Shown piece by piece: positions 17,966 to 27,099 of a DNA stretch of 64,000 nucleotides. The notes under the pieces were generated by a model. It saw nothing but the letters and a program-made list of their open reading frames with translations. It was not told the origin of the DNA and searched no databases. Position 1 is the first letter of the stretch. Each line of letters starts with the position of its first letter. The position numbers and the translations under genes were made by a program. The stretch spans positions 512 to 64,511 of the forward strand of contig DHNM01000002.1 of NCBI GenBank assembly GCA_002409525.1, in the 5' to 3' direction. Source of the stretch: Eubacterium sp. UBA5416. Its GTDB lineage: Bacteria; Bacillota; Clostridia; Lachnospirales; Lachnospiraceae.

Positions 17966-18427
17966 TTCACATCATGGCTCTGATTTAGTATAAATATCAT
18001 ACAATTATTTATTGTTGTTTTTGTGTATATATGAACCAATTTCCAACAATTTTTATTACTTTCAAGAGCGTCGAAGAACTGAAATTTTTAAAATGCGTAC
18101 CAGAGTTCTTTGATGGATGAATACGATGTTCCTCCTGCCTAGGCAAGTGAGTATATTATTATTCAGAAATGATGGATATGATCAGAGGTCTTCTGAGTCA
18201 GATGTTGAAAGATAATTCTTTTTTTGTCCAGATTGGAGGGTGATTTTTTCTTTTTATCCATGCGTATTTATGTTAAAATAAAAACAGACAGTACGGTTTG
18301 TAACAGAATTCTTCTAAAGCAATGAAAAAGCCCTGCATCTTTCGATGCTCGGTAATTCAATTGCCGAGTAGTTCACAAGTTGTATGATGCACGAAAATAA
18401 AAGAATAACCTAAGGAGGAACCATCTT

Positions 18428-19834
18428 ATGAAAACTTATGACAAAATCTTTTATAACGGTAAATGGCGGACATCCACGGGAAATAATTATTTAGATGTCA
18501 TCGATTCTAACACAGAAAAACCGATTGCCAAAGTGATCAACGCAACTCATGAGGATGTCGATGCGGCTGTCGACTCAGCGAGAAAATCTTTTCCGGCGTG
18601 GAATGAAACAGATCCAAAGGAGCGGGCCCTCTTTGTCCAGAAGATACTTGCAGGTGTGATTGACAGACGGTCTGAAATTGAAGAAACCATTATTGCGGAA
18701 CTGGGATCAGCAAAACGGTTTGTCCAGGAAGGACAGGTTGATATGTCAATCAACGAGATCGCAGCAACACTGGAAGAGTTCGAACATTTCAGCTTTGCAG
18801 AGCCTCTGGACAACACCATCATACAAAAAGAAGGCACCGGAGTTGTGGCATGCATCACTCCCTGGAACTATCCACTGAATCAGATCCAGCGCAAGATCAC
18901 TCCGGCACTTCTGACCGGTAATACTGTCGTTGTCAATCCTGCATCAGACACACCACTGACAGCCATTCTTTATGCCGAAATTATCGAAGATGCCGGGCTT
19001 CCGGACGGTGTATTTAATCTGATTACCGGAAAAGGCAGTGATACAGGAGACTACCTTTCAAAACACCCGGATGTCGATATGATATCTTTTACGGGCTCAA
19101 CTGCAGTCGGAAAAGGGCTATATACAAATGCCTCTACAACTGTGAAAAAACTCGTTTTAGAATTAGGCGGAAAATCAGCGATGGTATACCTGAAAGGCGG
19201 AGATTTGAAATTTGCAGTCAAATCAGCAGCTGATACGGTACTGGACAATCAGGGACAGACATGTTCCGCACTGACACGACTGTTTGTACCGGCAGACGAA
19301 CTGGAAACAACAAAACAGATCCTTAAAGACTATTATGCCGATGTAGTTGTCGGAGATCCCAAAAATGATCATACAAAAGTAGGACCAATGGTTTCGAAAA
19401 CCCAGATGGAACGAGTCCTTTCGTATATCGAAAAGGGCAAAGAGGAAGGTGCCGAAGTTCTGCTTGGTGGTCACCGCGTCGACCGTCCGGGATATTTTAT
19501 TGAACCGACGGTATTTGTCAACGTAAAAAATGATATGACGATCGCTCAGGAAGAGATCTTTGGTCCTGTACTTTCTGTCCTTACCTATGATACTCCGGGG
19601 GAAGCCCTCAGACTGGCAAATGATTCCAACTACGGCTTGTCCGGAGCTGTTGTAGGACCGCCTGATCAGGCGTATGATTTTGCTAAAAAGATGCGAACCG
19701 GGAATGTAAGCGTAAACAATTCCGAGGACTCTTCGAAGGCTCCGTTTGGCGGATACAAGCAATCGGGACTCGGCCGGGAAAACGGCATCTATGGACTGGA
19801 GGATTATCTTGAGATAAAAACGATATTTCAATAA
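18428..19834 (+). CDS. NAD(P)-dependent aldehyde dehydrogenase
   Basis: ITPWNYP, SFTGSTAVG, LELGGKS (catalytic Glu), NQGQTCSA (catalytic Cys), EEIFGPV, PFGGYKQSG; RBS AAGGAGG. Confidence 0.95.
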   Translation: MKTYDKIFYNGKWRTSTGNNYLDVIDSNTEKPIAKVINATHEDVDAAVDSARKSFPAWNETDPKERALFVQKILAGVIDRRSEIEETIIAELGSAKRFVQEGQVDMSINEIAATLEEFEHFSFAEPLDNTIIQKEGTGVVACITPWNYPLNQIQRKITPALLTGNTVVVNPASDTPLTAILYAEIIEDAGLPDGVFNLITGKGSDTGDYLSKHPDVDMISFTGSTAVGKGLYTNASTTVKKLVLELGGKSAMVYLKGGDLKFAVKSAADTVLDNQGQTCSALTRLFVPADELETTKQILKDYYADVVVGDPKNDHTKVGPMVSKTQMERVLSYIEKGKEEGAEVLLGGHRVDRPGYFIEPTVFVNVKNDMTIAQEEIFGPVLSVLTYDTPGEALRLANDSNYGLSGAVVGPPDQAYDFAKKMRTGNVSVNNSEDSSKAPFGGYKQSGLGRENGIYGLEDYLEIKTIFQ

Positions 19835-19882
19835 TCTACTCCAATGAAAAGAGGCTGGTCATTGATCGACCAGCCTCTTTCT
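19831..19882. repeat. Direct repeat copy 1 (52 bp) containing the ALDH stop codon and a bidirectional terminator
   Basis: 49/52 identical to 20406-20457; hairpin aaagaggctggtc-attgatc-gaccagcctcttt at 19848-19880. Confidence 0.9.
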
Positions 19883-20168
19883 CTAACTGCACAGCTCCGT
19901 ACTGCCGGGATATGATGAGCATAAGATCGCCATGACGGACAATTTGATAAACTATTCTCAAACCCGCACCACGAAGTTTGATTTTTAAGAAACCAGAAAG
20001 ATTGGTTTTATTGTTCTTTCCCAGGGGTTTTCCATAGCCGCCTTCATTTTCCGGAAGAGGATTTTTACAAGCTTTTTGGATAGCTTTTCGTACAAGTATC
20101 TTTTGACTTCCATCTAGTTTTCGAAGGTCTTCAAGGGCTTCAGGAAGATATTTTATATTCCAGTTCAT
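19836..20168 (-). pseudogene. RelE/ParE family toxin, C-terminally truncated
   Basis: WNIKYLPEALEDLRKLD...GYGKPLG...NLSGFLKIKLRGAGLRIVY; after MLII the sequence loses resemblance to RelE and reads through the terminator repeat. Confidence 0.7.
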
Positions 20169-20353
20169 TCGAATTCAATCTCATCTGTATTTTCATAATC
20201 AGAAGATGTAAATTCAAATTCCTGATCCACTTGTTCCTGGGAGATCATTGTGGACGGATCAAAATGAGACATACGCTGTGAAGCGACAGATAATAGATGT
20301 GCATCATTTACCTCATCCAGTAGATCAATATATTCTTCCGGAGGTATTATCAT
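20165..20353 (-). pseudogene. Phd/YefM-type antitoxin, C-terminal half only
   Basis: PEEYIDLLDEVNDAHLL..ASQRM.HFDP...acidic tail; ATGA coupling to the toxin; N-terminal DNA-binding part and RBS not visible. Confidence 0.65.
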
Positions 20354-20405
20354 TAAATGAGCTTTTTATACGTCAAAGTTTTCAACGCAGATCATAAGGA
20401 TGTCG

Positions 20406-20457
20406 ATAATCTACTCCAATAGAAAGAGGCTGGTCATTGATCGACCAGTCTCTTTCT
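20406..20457. repeat. Direct repeat copy 2 (52 bp); terminator hairpin downstream of the PL1 gene
   Basis: ataatctactccaatagaaagaggctggtcattgatcgaccagtctctttct; 49/52 identical to copy 1. Confidence 0.9.
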
Positions 20458-20492
20458 TGATCTACTGCTTATCTACTACTATTTTCTCAATC

Positions 20493-23400
20493 TCAGATCT
20501 CCCCCAGATCTTTCCATGTTTCTTCTGTCTTATCTGGTTTTTCGTTTCGATTCCACCACTGTGCTTCCCAGATATGTTCCTGATATACGACTTTATCGCC
20601 GGACGTATAAATTTGAGAATTTGTCCATCTGCGGTAATCACCGTTTCCAGCCGAAACTTCTCTTCCAAACTCTGCCCATGGACCGGCAGGGTCATTCCCG
20701 GGGACATCCCCTTTTGACCACCACTGTGCTTCGAATACACTTCCCTGATAACTCACTTGATCTCCGGATTCATAGATCTGATCTTCATCCCATCCTACGG
20801 GAAGAGTCGTAACAGTAATCCTATTTGAAGATTCTGATTCACCTGCCGCATTGGACGCTGTTACATAATACGTGTAGGTTGTATTTGGTTTTGCTGAACG
20901 ATCATAGAATGTTTTAACTTTCGCCGTACCAACTTCTTTTGGCTCTTCTGAGTCTGATCCACGGTAAATCACATATTCCGTCTGTCCGCCGCCGGAATCC
21001 CATATCAGGCCGGCAAACATATCCCCGACCATACCGGTCAACAACTGATCCGGAGCATTCGGACATGGCAGGTCAATGTCTAGCTCTTCACTGTATTCGG
21101 ATTCTCCCAGCTCATTGAATGCTGTCACTACAAAGCTATAGCTCACATTCGAAGTGCTGAATCCTTTATCTTCATACTGCGTTTCACCGGTTTCAGCAAT
21201 TTTTTCATACTCTCCGTCTTTCTCACGGCGATAGAGCCGATATCCTTCCGCTCCTTCTACCGGTTCCCATTGAACAGAAAACGCAGTACTTGTCACTTCT
21301 TTCGCAGACAGTCCTGCAGAAGGAGCTACTTTGTCCAGTTCCGGATTAGTTGTCACCTCCACGGGCTGTGACAACTCAGACTCTCCAGCTTCCGAAACAG
21401 CGGAAACCCTATAGTAATATGTTGTCGATGCTTCTGTTGTATTATCCTGAAACTCTGAATTATGAACCGCTCCGAGAATCTGATACGCTCCATCTATATC
21501 TGTCGACCTGTATATGACTGTGCCCAGCGCTTCTTCCGTCGAAGTCCAGGAAAGTTTTGTAAAATAGCTTCCATGGTCACTAACTTCAAGATCTTCAGGT
21601 TCCTGCGGTACGGGCTGTGAGGAGTCAATCATGAGTGCATCTGCTGAATTGGAAAGCTCAGACTCCCCGCCGGAGTTTACTGCCGACACCTGATAGGAAT
21701 ATTGGATTCCGGCAGCTGCATCCTCGTCCACAAAATCACTTTCTGAAGTACTTCCTATCACCCGCATATCCGAATCAAAGATCGAAGAACGATAGAGCAG
21801 GTAAGAATCAGCGTCCTCAGAAGTACTCCATTTAAGAGAAACGGAAGAATCCGCAGTCTCAGCCTGTAAATTCTTTGGCTCTGTAGCCGGAGGGGATGTC
21901 TCCTGATCCGTAGGTTTAACTAGAACAAAATAATTCATGTTTTTACTATTTCCATTTGAACCCATTGTCACCTTAGAGCCGGCTGAATAATCTGCTTTAT
22001 ATACGTCCCAGCTGACCGGCTGATCATCTTCAATCGTAACTCCAGTATCCTCATAACTTTCTTTGAGCCAATCCGGTTTTTTTGATTTCGAGATTCTGGA
22101 ATCATGTGCCACATATATCTCGGCATCTGCATTAAGGTAAAAGCTCAGCAGATCATCATTAGAGGCACTACGGGATTCCACTACCGTGCGAATCCACTCC
22201 AGGCCTTTCAATTCTTCCGGAACCTTCTCAAATTTATAGGCTTTTGTGCCTGTCATACGGTCTCCTGCCACATAATCACCTGGCTGGAAGTTTTGTTGAA
22301 TCGACCATTTCTTTGCATTTTCCTCACCATTCCCTCCGATGTCATTTACCAGTACATTGCGGAGTATTTCACCATCCAATACCGCCAGAATCTCTTTTTC
22401 TTTCTCCGGTTCTTTCTCGATCGGAGGATCAAATACTTCACCTGACCATTCCACAGGTGTCATAGGATATCCAGATGGAAATCCCGGCTCTGCCAGTTCA
22501 CTCAAGTATTCTTCGAGATTTGTATAACCATTACCGTCCGGATCTTCATTGCGGTCCTCCGGATTTTCGGGATCAATCCCATTCCTGATTTCCCACTCGT
22601 CCGGCATGCCATCCTGATCGGTGTCAAGTGGTGCCTTTCCTTCTTCAAGTTTCGGATATCCCCCGACATCATTTTCATTTCCGATAATCGCACCTGTCTG
22701 ATTTCTTACATCATCCATCACTCGTATATCGACCTGATCACGTTTCACGCTGGCACCCGCATAATCAAGGATGTCCTCATAGGCATCCTCCGGACTCTGT
22801 GTATGAACCGGCGGGTATTCAAACCGGTCTGGTACAAGATTGGCAGGACGACTCTCCTCTATCATTCCAGTACCGGTATCTGTTCCATCAAGCTTTCCAT
22901 TCTTGTTGCTGTCGATCCGGTTATCCTGCAGATAAAGATTATAATTATCATTTCCACGCACGATCGCATTCTCGGGATTCTTGGAATTCACCCCTGCAAT
23001 AAAATAGTTCCCAACTACATTTCCGTACCCTTTTGTTCCGGACTCACCACCGGCAACGTAGGGGTAATCTCCCCAGTTATACACAATATTATTCACGAAA
23101 TCCATCACGCCTTTAGCTTTTGGATTCCGGTCATTATTATGAGCATAAAGATCATGATGCATGGAAATCGTATTCATCTCCACAAGTCCGCCCATCGAAT
23201 GTGTGAGAAGACCTTCTGACATGATCGTCCACTGAACGGAGATGTTTTTCGACTTCTGATCCTCGTATTTCTTACTCTTGATCGAAAGGACCTCATCTCC
23301 ACCCCAGGAATAAGAGCAGTGATCAATCATCATATTCTGGCAGTCCTCCAGATACATCGAGTCATCCTGAGTTTTCTCTGCCCCTGTTCGAAACCGCATA

Positions 23401-23843
23401 TAGCGCATGACCACGTCGCTGCAATTGATAAACCGTATGGTCTCTCCCTTCACGGTAACGCCGCCACCGGGAGCCGTCTGACCTGCTATCGTGATGTTTG
23501 AACTGTTTTTGACCACTGTCTTTGGAATCTCAAGATCACCGGATATCCCAAATACGATCGTCCTTGGAATATCCCCGACAGTCATCAGGGCATCATGAAA
23601 GGTACCCGGCCCTGTCAGTTCCCGGCTATTCACGACATATACCTCTCCGCCGCGTCCCCCTTTAGCGGCATATCCGAATCCCTCTGCTCCCGGAAATGCG
23701 GGAAGTTGATCATAGTCTGCTTTTACCCGATCCGGCGGCAGCAGCAAAAGCGCACCCGCCGCAGCCAGAGATACCGCCATAGCCGAACATCTGAGTCTGA
23801 ACTTTTTTTCTCTGATCTTCCTTTCTTCTTTCACTTTCCACAT
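20493..23843 (-). CDS. Secreted pectate lyase (PL1) with an unassigned beta module, FN3 repeats and two C-terminal CBM5/12-like modules
   Basis: AFPGAEGFG, GGRGG, TIAGQTAPG, IDHCSYSWGGDE, HNNDRNP, VNNIVYNWG, DGMPDEWE...GYTNLEEYL; four FN3-like repeats; Y.SGD.V.YQ...EAQWW twice; start set at ATG 23843 after AGGAGAAGG. Confidence 0.9.
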   Translation of the reverse strand: MWKVKEERKIREKKFRLRCSAMAVSLAAAGALLLLPPDRVKADYDQLPAFPGAEGFGYAAKGGRGGEVYVVNSRELTGPGTFHDALMTVGDIPRTIVFGISGDLEIPKTVVKNSSNITIAGQTAPGGGVTVKGETIRFINCSDVVMRYMRFRTGAEKTQDDSMYLEDCQNMMIDHCSYSWGGDEVLSIKSKKYEDQKSKNISVQWTIMSEGLLTHSMGGLVEMNTISMHHDLYAHNNDRNPKAKGVMDFVNNIVYNWGDYPYVAGGESGTKGYGNVVGNYFIAGVNSKNPENAIVRGNDNYNLYLQDNRIDSNKNGKLDGTDTGTGMIEESRPANLVPDRFEYPPVHTQSPEDAYEDILDYAGASVKRDQVDIRVMDDVRNQTGAIIGNENDVGGYPKLEEGKAPLDTDQDGMPDEWEIRNGIDPENPEDRNEDPDGNGYTNLEEYLSELAEPGFPSGYPMTPVEWSGEVFDPPIEKEPEKEKEILAVLDGEILRNVLVNDIGGNGEENAKKWSIQQNFQPGDYVAGDRMTGTKAYKFEKVPEELKGLEWIRTVVESRSASNDDLLSFYLNADAEIYVAHDSRISKSKKPDWLKESYEDTGVTIEDDQPVSWDVYKADYSAGSKVTMGSNGNSKNMNYFVLVKPTDQETSPPATEPKNLQAETADSSVSLKWSTSEDADSYLLYRSSIFDSDMRVIGSTSESDFVDEDAAAGIQYSYQVSAVNSGGESELSNSADALMIDSSQPVPQEPEDLEVSDHGSYFTKLSWTSTEEALGTVIYRSTDIDGAYQILGAVHNSEFQDNTTEASTTYYYRVSAVSEAGESELSQPVEVTTNPELDKVAPSAGLSAKEVTSTAFSVQWEPVEGAEGYRLYRREKDGEYEKIAETGETQYEDKGFSTSNVSYSFVVTAFNELGESEYSEELDIDLPCPNAPDQLLTGMVGDMFAGLIWDSGGGQTEYVIYRGSDSEEPKEVGTAKVKTFYDRSAKPNTTYTYYVTASNAAGESESSNRITVTTLPVGWDEDQIYESGDQVSYQGSVFEAQWWSKGDVPGNDPAGPWAEFGREVSAGNGDYRRWTNSQIYTSGDKVVYQEHIWEAQWWNRNEKPDKTEETWKDLGEI

Positions 23844-23862
23844 TTTATACCTTCTCCTGTAC

Positions 23863-25011
23863 TTATTTTTCAACTTCCGGCAGCTTTGTTACATCTTCCG
23901 GAATATCTACAAGGTACAAATTACAGTAACCACTCACCGTACTGTTAAACAAGATACTCTTCCCATCTGCGGTAAATCTGGGATGTGGGTGGTGGCTTCC
24001 ATAATAAAAGCTTCCATCATGCATGCAGAGTACTTTTGCGGAATCGAAATTTTTTCCATTATATCGATACAATTTGATTGATTTTCCAGAGTCGCTAACA
24101 ATCAAGTTGAAGTCGTTGGAATGGATGTGATCTGGACTTGGAAATGGTACACATGGAGCCTCTCTTTTATCTGATCCGTCATAGCGCACACATCCAAAAC
24201 GAGATGTTCCGTCTGGCTCATGTACCTGATAACCGATCTTCTCGCCCTCTGCGAACCAGTATTCATGACCAATCTTCTCACCCTCCACTCTGCGTTCTCT
24301 CAAACGGACCGGAGTTCCTTTATCGGTATCCAAAAGCCAGATTCTGTGATCCACCATCCCCCATGGACCTTCATGACAGAACGTGAGTAGATTTGTCTTC
24401 GTCGGCGATGGATTTACATGTCCGACCCAGCAGTATTCCTGCCAGATTTCATCTGCTTTTTTCGAATCTACATCAACTCGTATGATGCGGCAGTCCGGCT
24501 TCGCCCTAAAGATATCTCTCATCCCCACATAACTTGCTCCAAGGTTGATATGAATTCTTTTCGACAAGTCTTCCATCAACACAATATATACTGACTTCCC
24601 ATCCGCACCGCTCAAGCCTCCATGAAGTTCAAATCCCTCCGGAGCCTCATAGATCTTTCGTATTTCCAGTGTCAGAAGGTCCAGCGCATAAACTGCCCCT
24701 GCTCTGATATAATACACTTCCGGTCTTTTGGGGTTTACATCATTGATAAAATCCGCCGGATTTTCTTCTCTGGCTTGAAAATCTGTAAGCCGGCTGATTT
24801 CCCCGCTCTCAATTTCAATGCTGAAAAGATTAGTCGCATTTTTGCGATCAGAAGAAAACAACAGCCGCTTACCGTCATCCCACCATCCGTTGTTTGTAAA
24901 ATATTTATGGTGACTGTGGCCAAGATAGGATGTCAGCTGCCATACACCGACCCCTGATACCCTGTCCTGATACCTTATTTTCTCGGATTTATATGTTTCA
25001 TATAATTTCAA
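23863..25011 (-). CDS. ogl: Oligogalacturonate lyase (PL22)
   Basis: HHKYFT...LLFSSDR, GHVNPSP...FCHEGPW..VDHRIW, GHEYW, HPHPRFTADG..ILFNS; no signal peptide. Confidence 0.88.
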   Translation of the reverse strand: MKLYETYKSEKIRYQDRVSGVGVWQLTSYLGHSHHKYFTNNGWWDDGKRLLFSSDRKNATNLFSIEIESGEISRLTDFQAREENPADFINDVNPKRPEVYYIRAGAVYALDLLTLEIRKIYEAPEGFELHGGLSGADGKSVYIVLMEDLSKRIHINLGASYVGMRDIFRAKPDCRIIRVDVDSKKADEIWQEYCWVGHVNPSPTKTNLLTFCHEGPWGMVDHRIWLLDTDKGTPVRLRERRVEGEKIGHEYWFAEGEKIGYQVHEPDGTSRFGCVRYDGSDKREAPCVPFPSPDHIHSNDFNLIVSDSGKSIKLYRYNGKNFDSAKVLCMHDGSFYYGSHHPHPRFTADGKSILFNSTVSGYCNLYLVDIPEDVTKLPEVEK

Positions 25012-25050
25012 CTTTCTACCTCCCTACAGCTTATTTTGCCGCATGTTTTT

Positions 25051-26145
25051 CTAATATACCCTCTGTAATTCCGTACACATGAGCAGAAATGCTCCTGTCC
25101 CATGTAAATCATTCTCTCCGGTAGGCCGGTTACAGTAGTGACCATAATCCCCCACACCTGTACCAACGCAGATTCCATCGATAATCAAGTCATCTCCACG
25201 ATATTTCAGGCGATCTACTATTCCATCAAAAGCTTTTTTTGCTGCTTGTATATTACTCCGATCTAAGAATCCCATCCGCACAGCCTTGCAGATTGCCGCT
25301 GCGAACAGGCAGCTGCAGGATGTTTCCAGCCAGTTTCCGGGAACTTCACCTTTATCGACGACCTGATACCACAGCCCACTCTCATCCTGATAGCATTCCA
25401 CGGCCAATAAAAGGTCTGTTGCCATTCGAATCAATTCCTGACGGCCGGAAAAATCTTCTGGCATACACTCAATTTCATCGAGCAGTGCCACCGGCACCCA
25501 TCCAATTGCTCTTCCCCAGAATTCCGGTGACTTTCCGGTTTCGGGGTCTGCCCATGGTCTTTGTTTCTTGCTATCCCAGGCATGGCAGAACAGCCCCGTC
25601 TTCTCATCCTTTGTTTTTTCCCGCATCAAAAGTGCCTGACAGGCACAGATATCAAAACATTCGGGATCATCAAAGTACTTTCCATATAACGCGAGAATCG
25701 GCCCGGCCATGTACAGCCCATCCAGCCACATCTGGTCTTTGCACTTTACTTTATGCCAGTAACCACCCTCCTTGTTTTTCGGAAAATTCTTCACCACATG
25801 GATCAGATACCGGATTGCTTTCGCATAGCGCTCATCCCCCGTTTCCTGATACATCCGAAAGATCAGAATACCCGGCTGTATATCGTCTAATTCATCGGAA
25901 TCAAACGCCAGAACCTCACCATCCAACTTAACCAGACTGTTCACCCATGCGTTAATATATTCCTTGTATTTCTTATCACCACATAGTTCGTAAGTTTTCT
26001 CCATGCCGGAAAGGAACACACCCTGATGATAATGGAAATGTCCCTTAGGCGGCAGATCTACCGCGCTAAATTTTCTCATCATGGTGTCGCAGGCCTGCTT
26101 TGCATAATCCAATGGGATTTTCTCTGCATTCTTACTATTGTTCAT
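25051..26145 (-). CDS. yteR: GH105 unsaturated (rhamno)galacturonyl hydrolase, YteR-like
   Basis: HYHQGVFL, ELDDIQPG, GGYWHK, QMWLDGLYM, SPEFWGRAIGW, NWLETS, ICVGT, NDLHGTGAF follow B. subtilis YteR; start moved to ATG 26145 by RBS spacing. Confidence 0.9.
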   Translation of the reverse strand: MNNSKNAEKIPLDYAKQACDTMMRKFSAVDLPPKGHFHYHQGVFLSGMEKTYELCGDKKYKEYINAWVNSLVKLDGEVLAFDSDELDDIQPGILIFRMYQETGDERYAKAIRYLIHVVKNFPKNKEGGYWHKVKCKDQMWLDGLYMAGPILALYGKYFDDPECFDICACQALLMREKTKDEKTGLFCHAWDSKKQRPWADPETGKSPEFWGRAIGWVPVALLDEIECMPEDFSGRQELIRMATDLLLAVECYQDESGLWYQVVDKGEVPGNWLETSCSCLFAAAICKAVRMGFLDRSNIQAAKKAFDGIVDRLKYRGDDLIIDGICVGTGVGDYGHYCNRPTGENDLHGTGAFLLMCTELQRVY

Positions 26146-26202
26146 AATCATTCTCCTGTTTTTTTCTATTATATCATGATGTCTGCGGGTTGCTGTGTGC
26201 TC

Positions 26203-27084
26203 TCACCCTTTAATTGCTCCGATCATTACACCTTTTTCAAAAAACTTCTGCAAAAACGGATAGACACACATAATCGGCAGACTGCTGATTACAATCAAAG
26301 AGTATTTCAGCAGCTGATGTACCTGCGGAGAACGTGCCATTTCAATATCCTGCATCATATCTGACTTCTGATTTTCCATTAAGATATTGCGGAGAACCAG
26401 CTGCAGCGGATATTTGGACGGTGTTCTCAGATAAATCGAGGCATTGAACCATGCATTCCAGTGTCCGACTGCATAATAGAGAATCATAACTGCCAAAGTC
26501 GCTTTGACGAGAGGCAGCATCACCTTACCCAGAATCTGCATATGGCTGGCGCCATCTAATCTTGCAGCTTCCGATAAGGTCTCAGGAACCGACAGAAAAG
26601 CACTTCGCATAATAATTAAATTGGAAGTACTGACCGCTCCCGGGAGAACAATTGCCCAGACGCTGTCAAGAAGCCCCAGAGATTTAACGTTCAGATATCC
26701 GGGGATCATTCCTCCGGAGAAATACATCGTGATGATGACCAAAATCGTGAACGGCTTCCGCAGCATCAGTTCCCGTCTGGATAATACATATGCGCCAAGT
26801 ATTGTAAGCACCAGGTTCAGTATCAGCCCGATTCCCAGAATCAGAAATGTATTACCAAATCCAAATAATACCAGCTTATTTTTAAACACCATCCGATACC
26901 CATCCAGTGTCAGTCTGCCAAGTGGTTTCAAGAGCAGGCCCCCATGCCGCATCAAAGCCTCAGGATTACTTATGGACGCGATAATAACAAAATAAAATGG
27001 ATAAAGGCAGGCCACAGCTATCGCTGTCAGGATAATATAATTAAATACCGTAAAAATCCGATACCCTGTACTTTTATCTTTCAT
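26203..27084 (-). CDS. Carbohydrate ABC transporter permease
   Basis: MYFSGGMIP, EAARLDGAS, YAVGHWNAWF, GVMIGAIKG. Confidence 0.92.
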   Translation of the reverse strand: MKDKSTGYRIFTVFNYIILTAIAVACLYPFYFVIIASISNPEALMRHGGLLLKPLGRLTLDGYRMVFKNKLVLFGFGNTFLILGIGLILNLVLTILGAYVLSRRELMLRKPFTILVIITMYFSGGMIPGYLNVKSLGLLDSVWAIVLPGAVSTSNLIIMRSAFLSVPETLSEAARLDGASHMQILGKVMLPLVKATLAVMILYYAVGHWNAWFNASIYLRTPSKYPLQLVLRNILMENQKSDMMQDIEMARSPQVHQLLKYSLIVISSLPIMCVYPFLQKFFEKGVMIGAIKG

Positions 27085-27099
27085 TCTTTAGACCTCCCC

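Noticed and set aside
18060-18400. Short hairpins in the ALDH upstream region as a riboswitch or sRNA
   Set aside because: Stems (about 18069-18114, 18335-18348, 18348-18368) match no riboswitch consensus I recognise and have no clear expression platform
19831-20457. Repeated palindromic 52-mer as a CRISPR array
   Set aside because: Only two copies, 523 bp apart, terminator-like, and no cas genes
22490-22630. DTDQDGMPD / DPDGNGYTN loops in PL1 as a second dockerin
   Set aside because: These Ca-binding loops are the usual C-terminal part of this PL1 subtype and lack the duplicated loop-helix spacing of a dockerin
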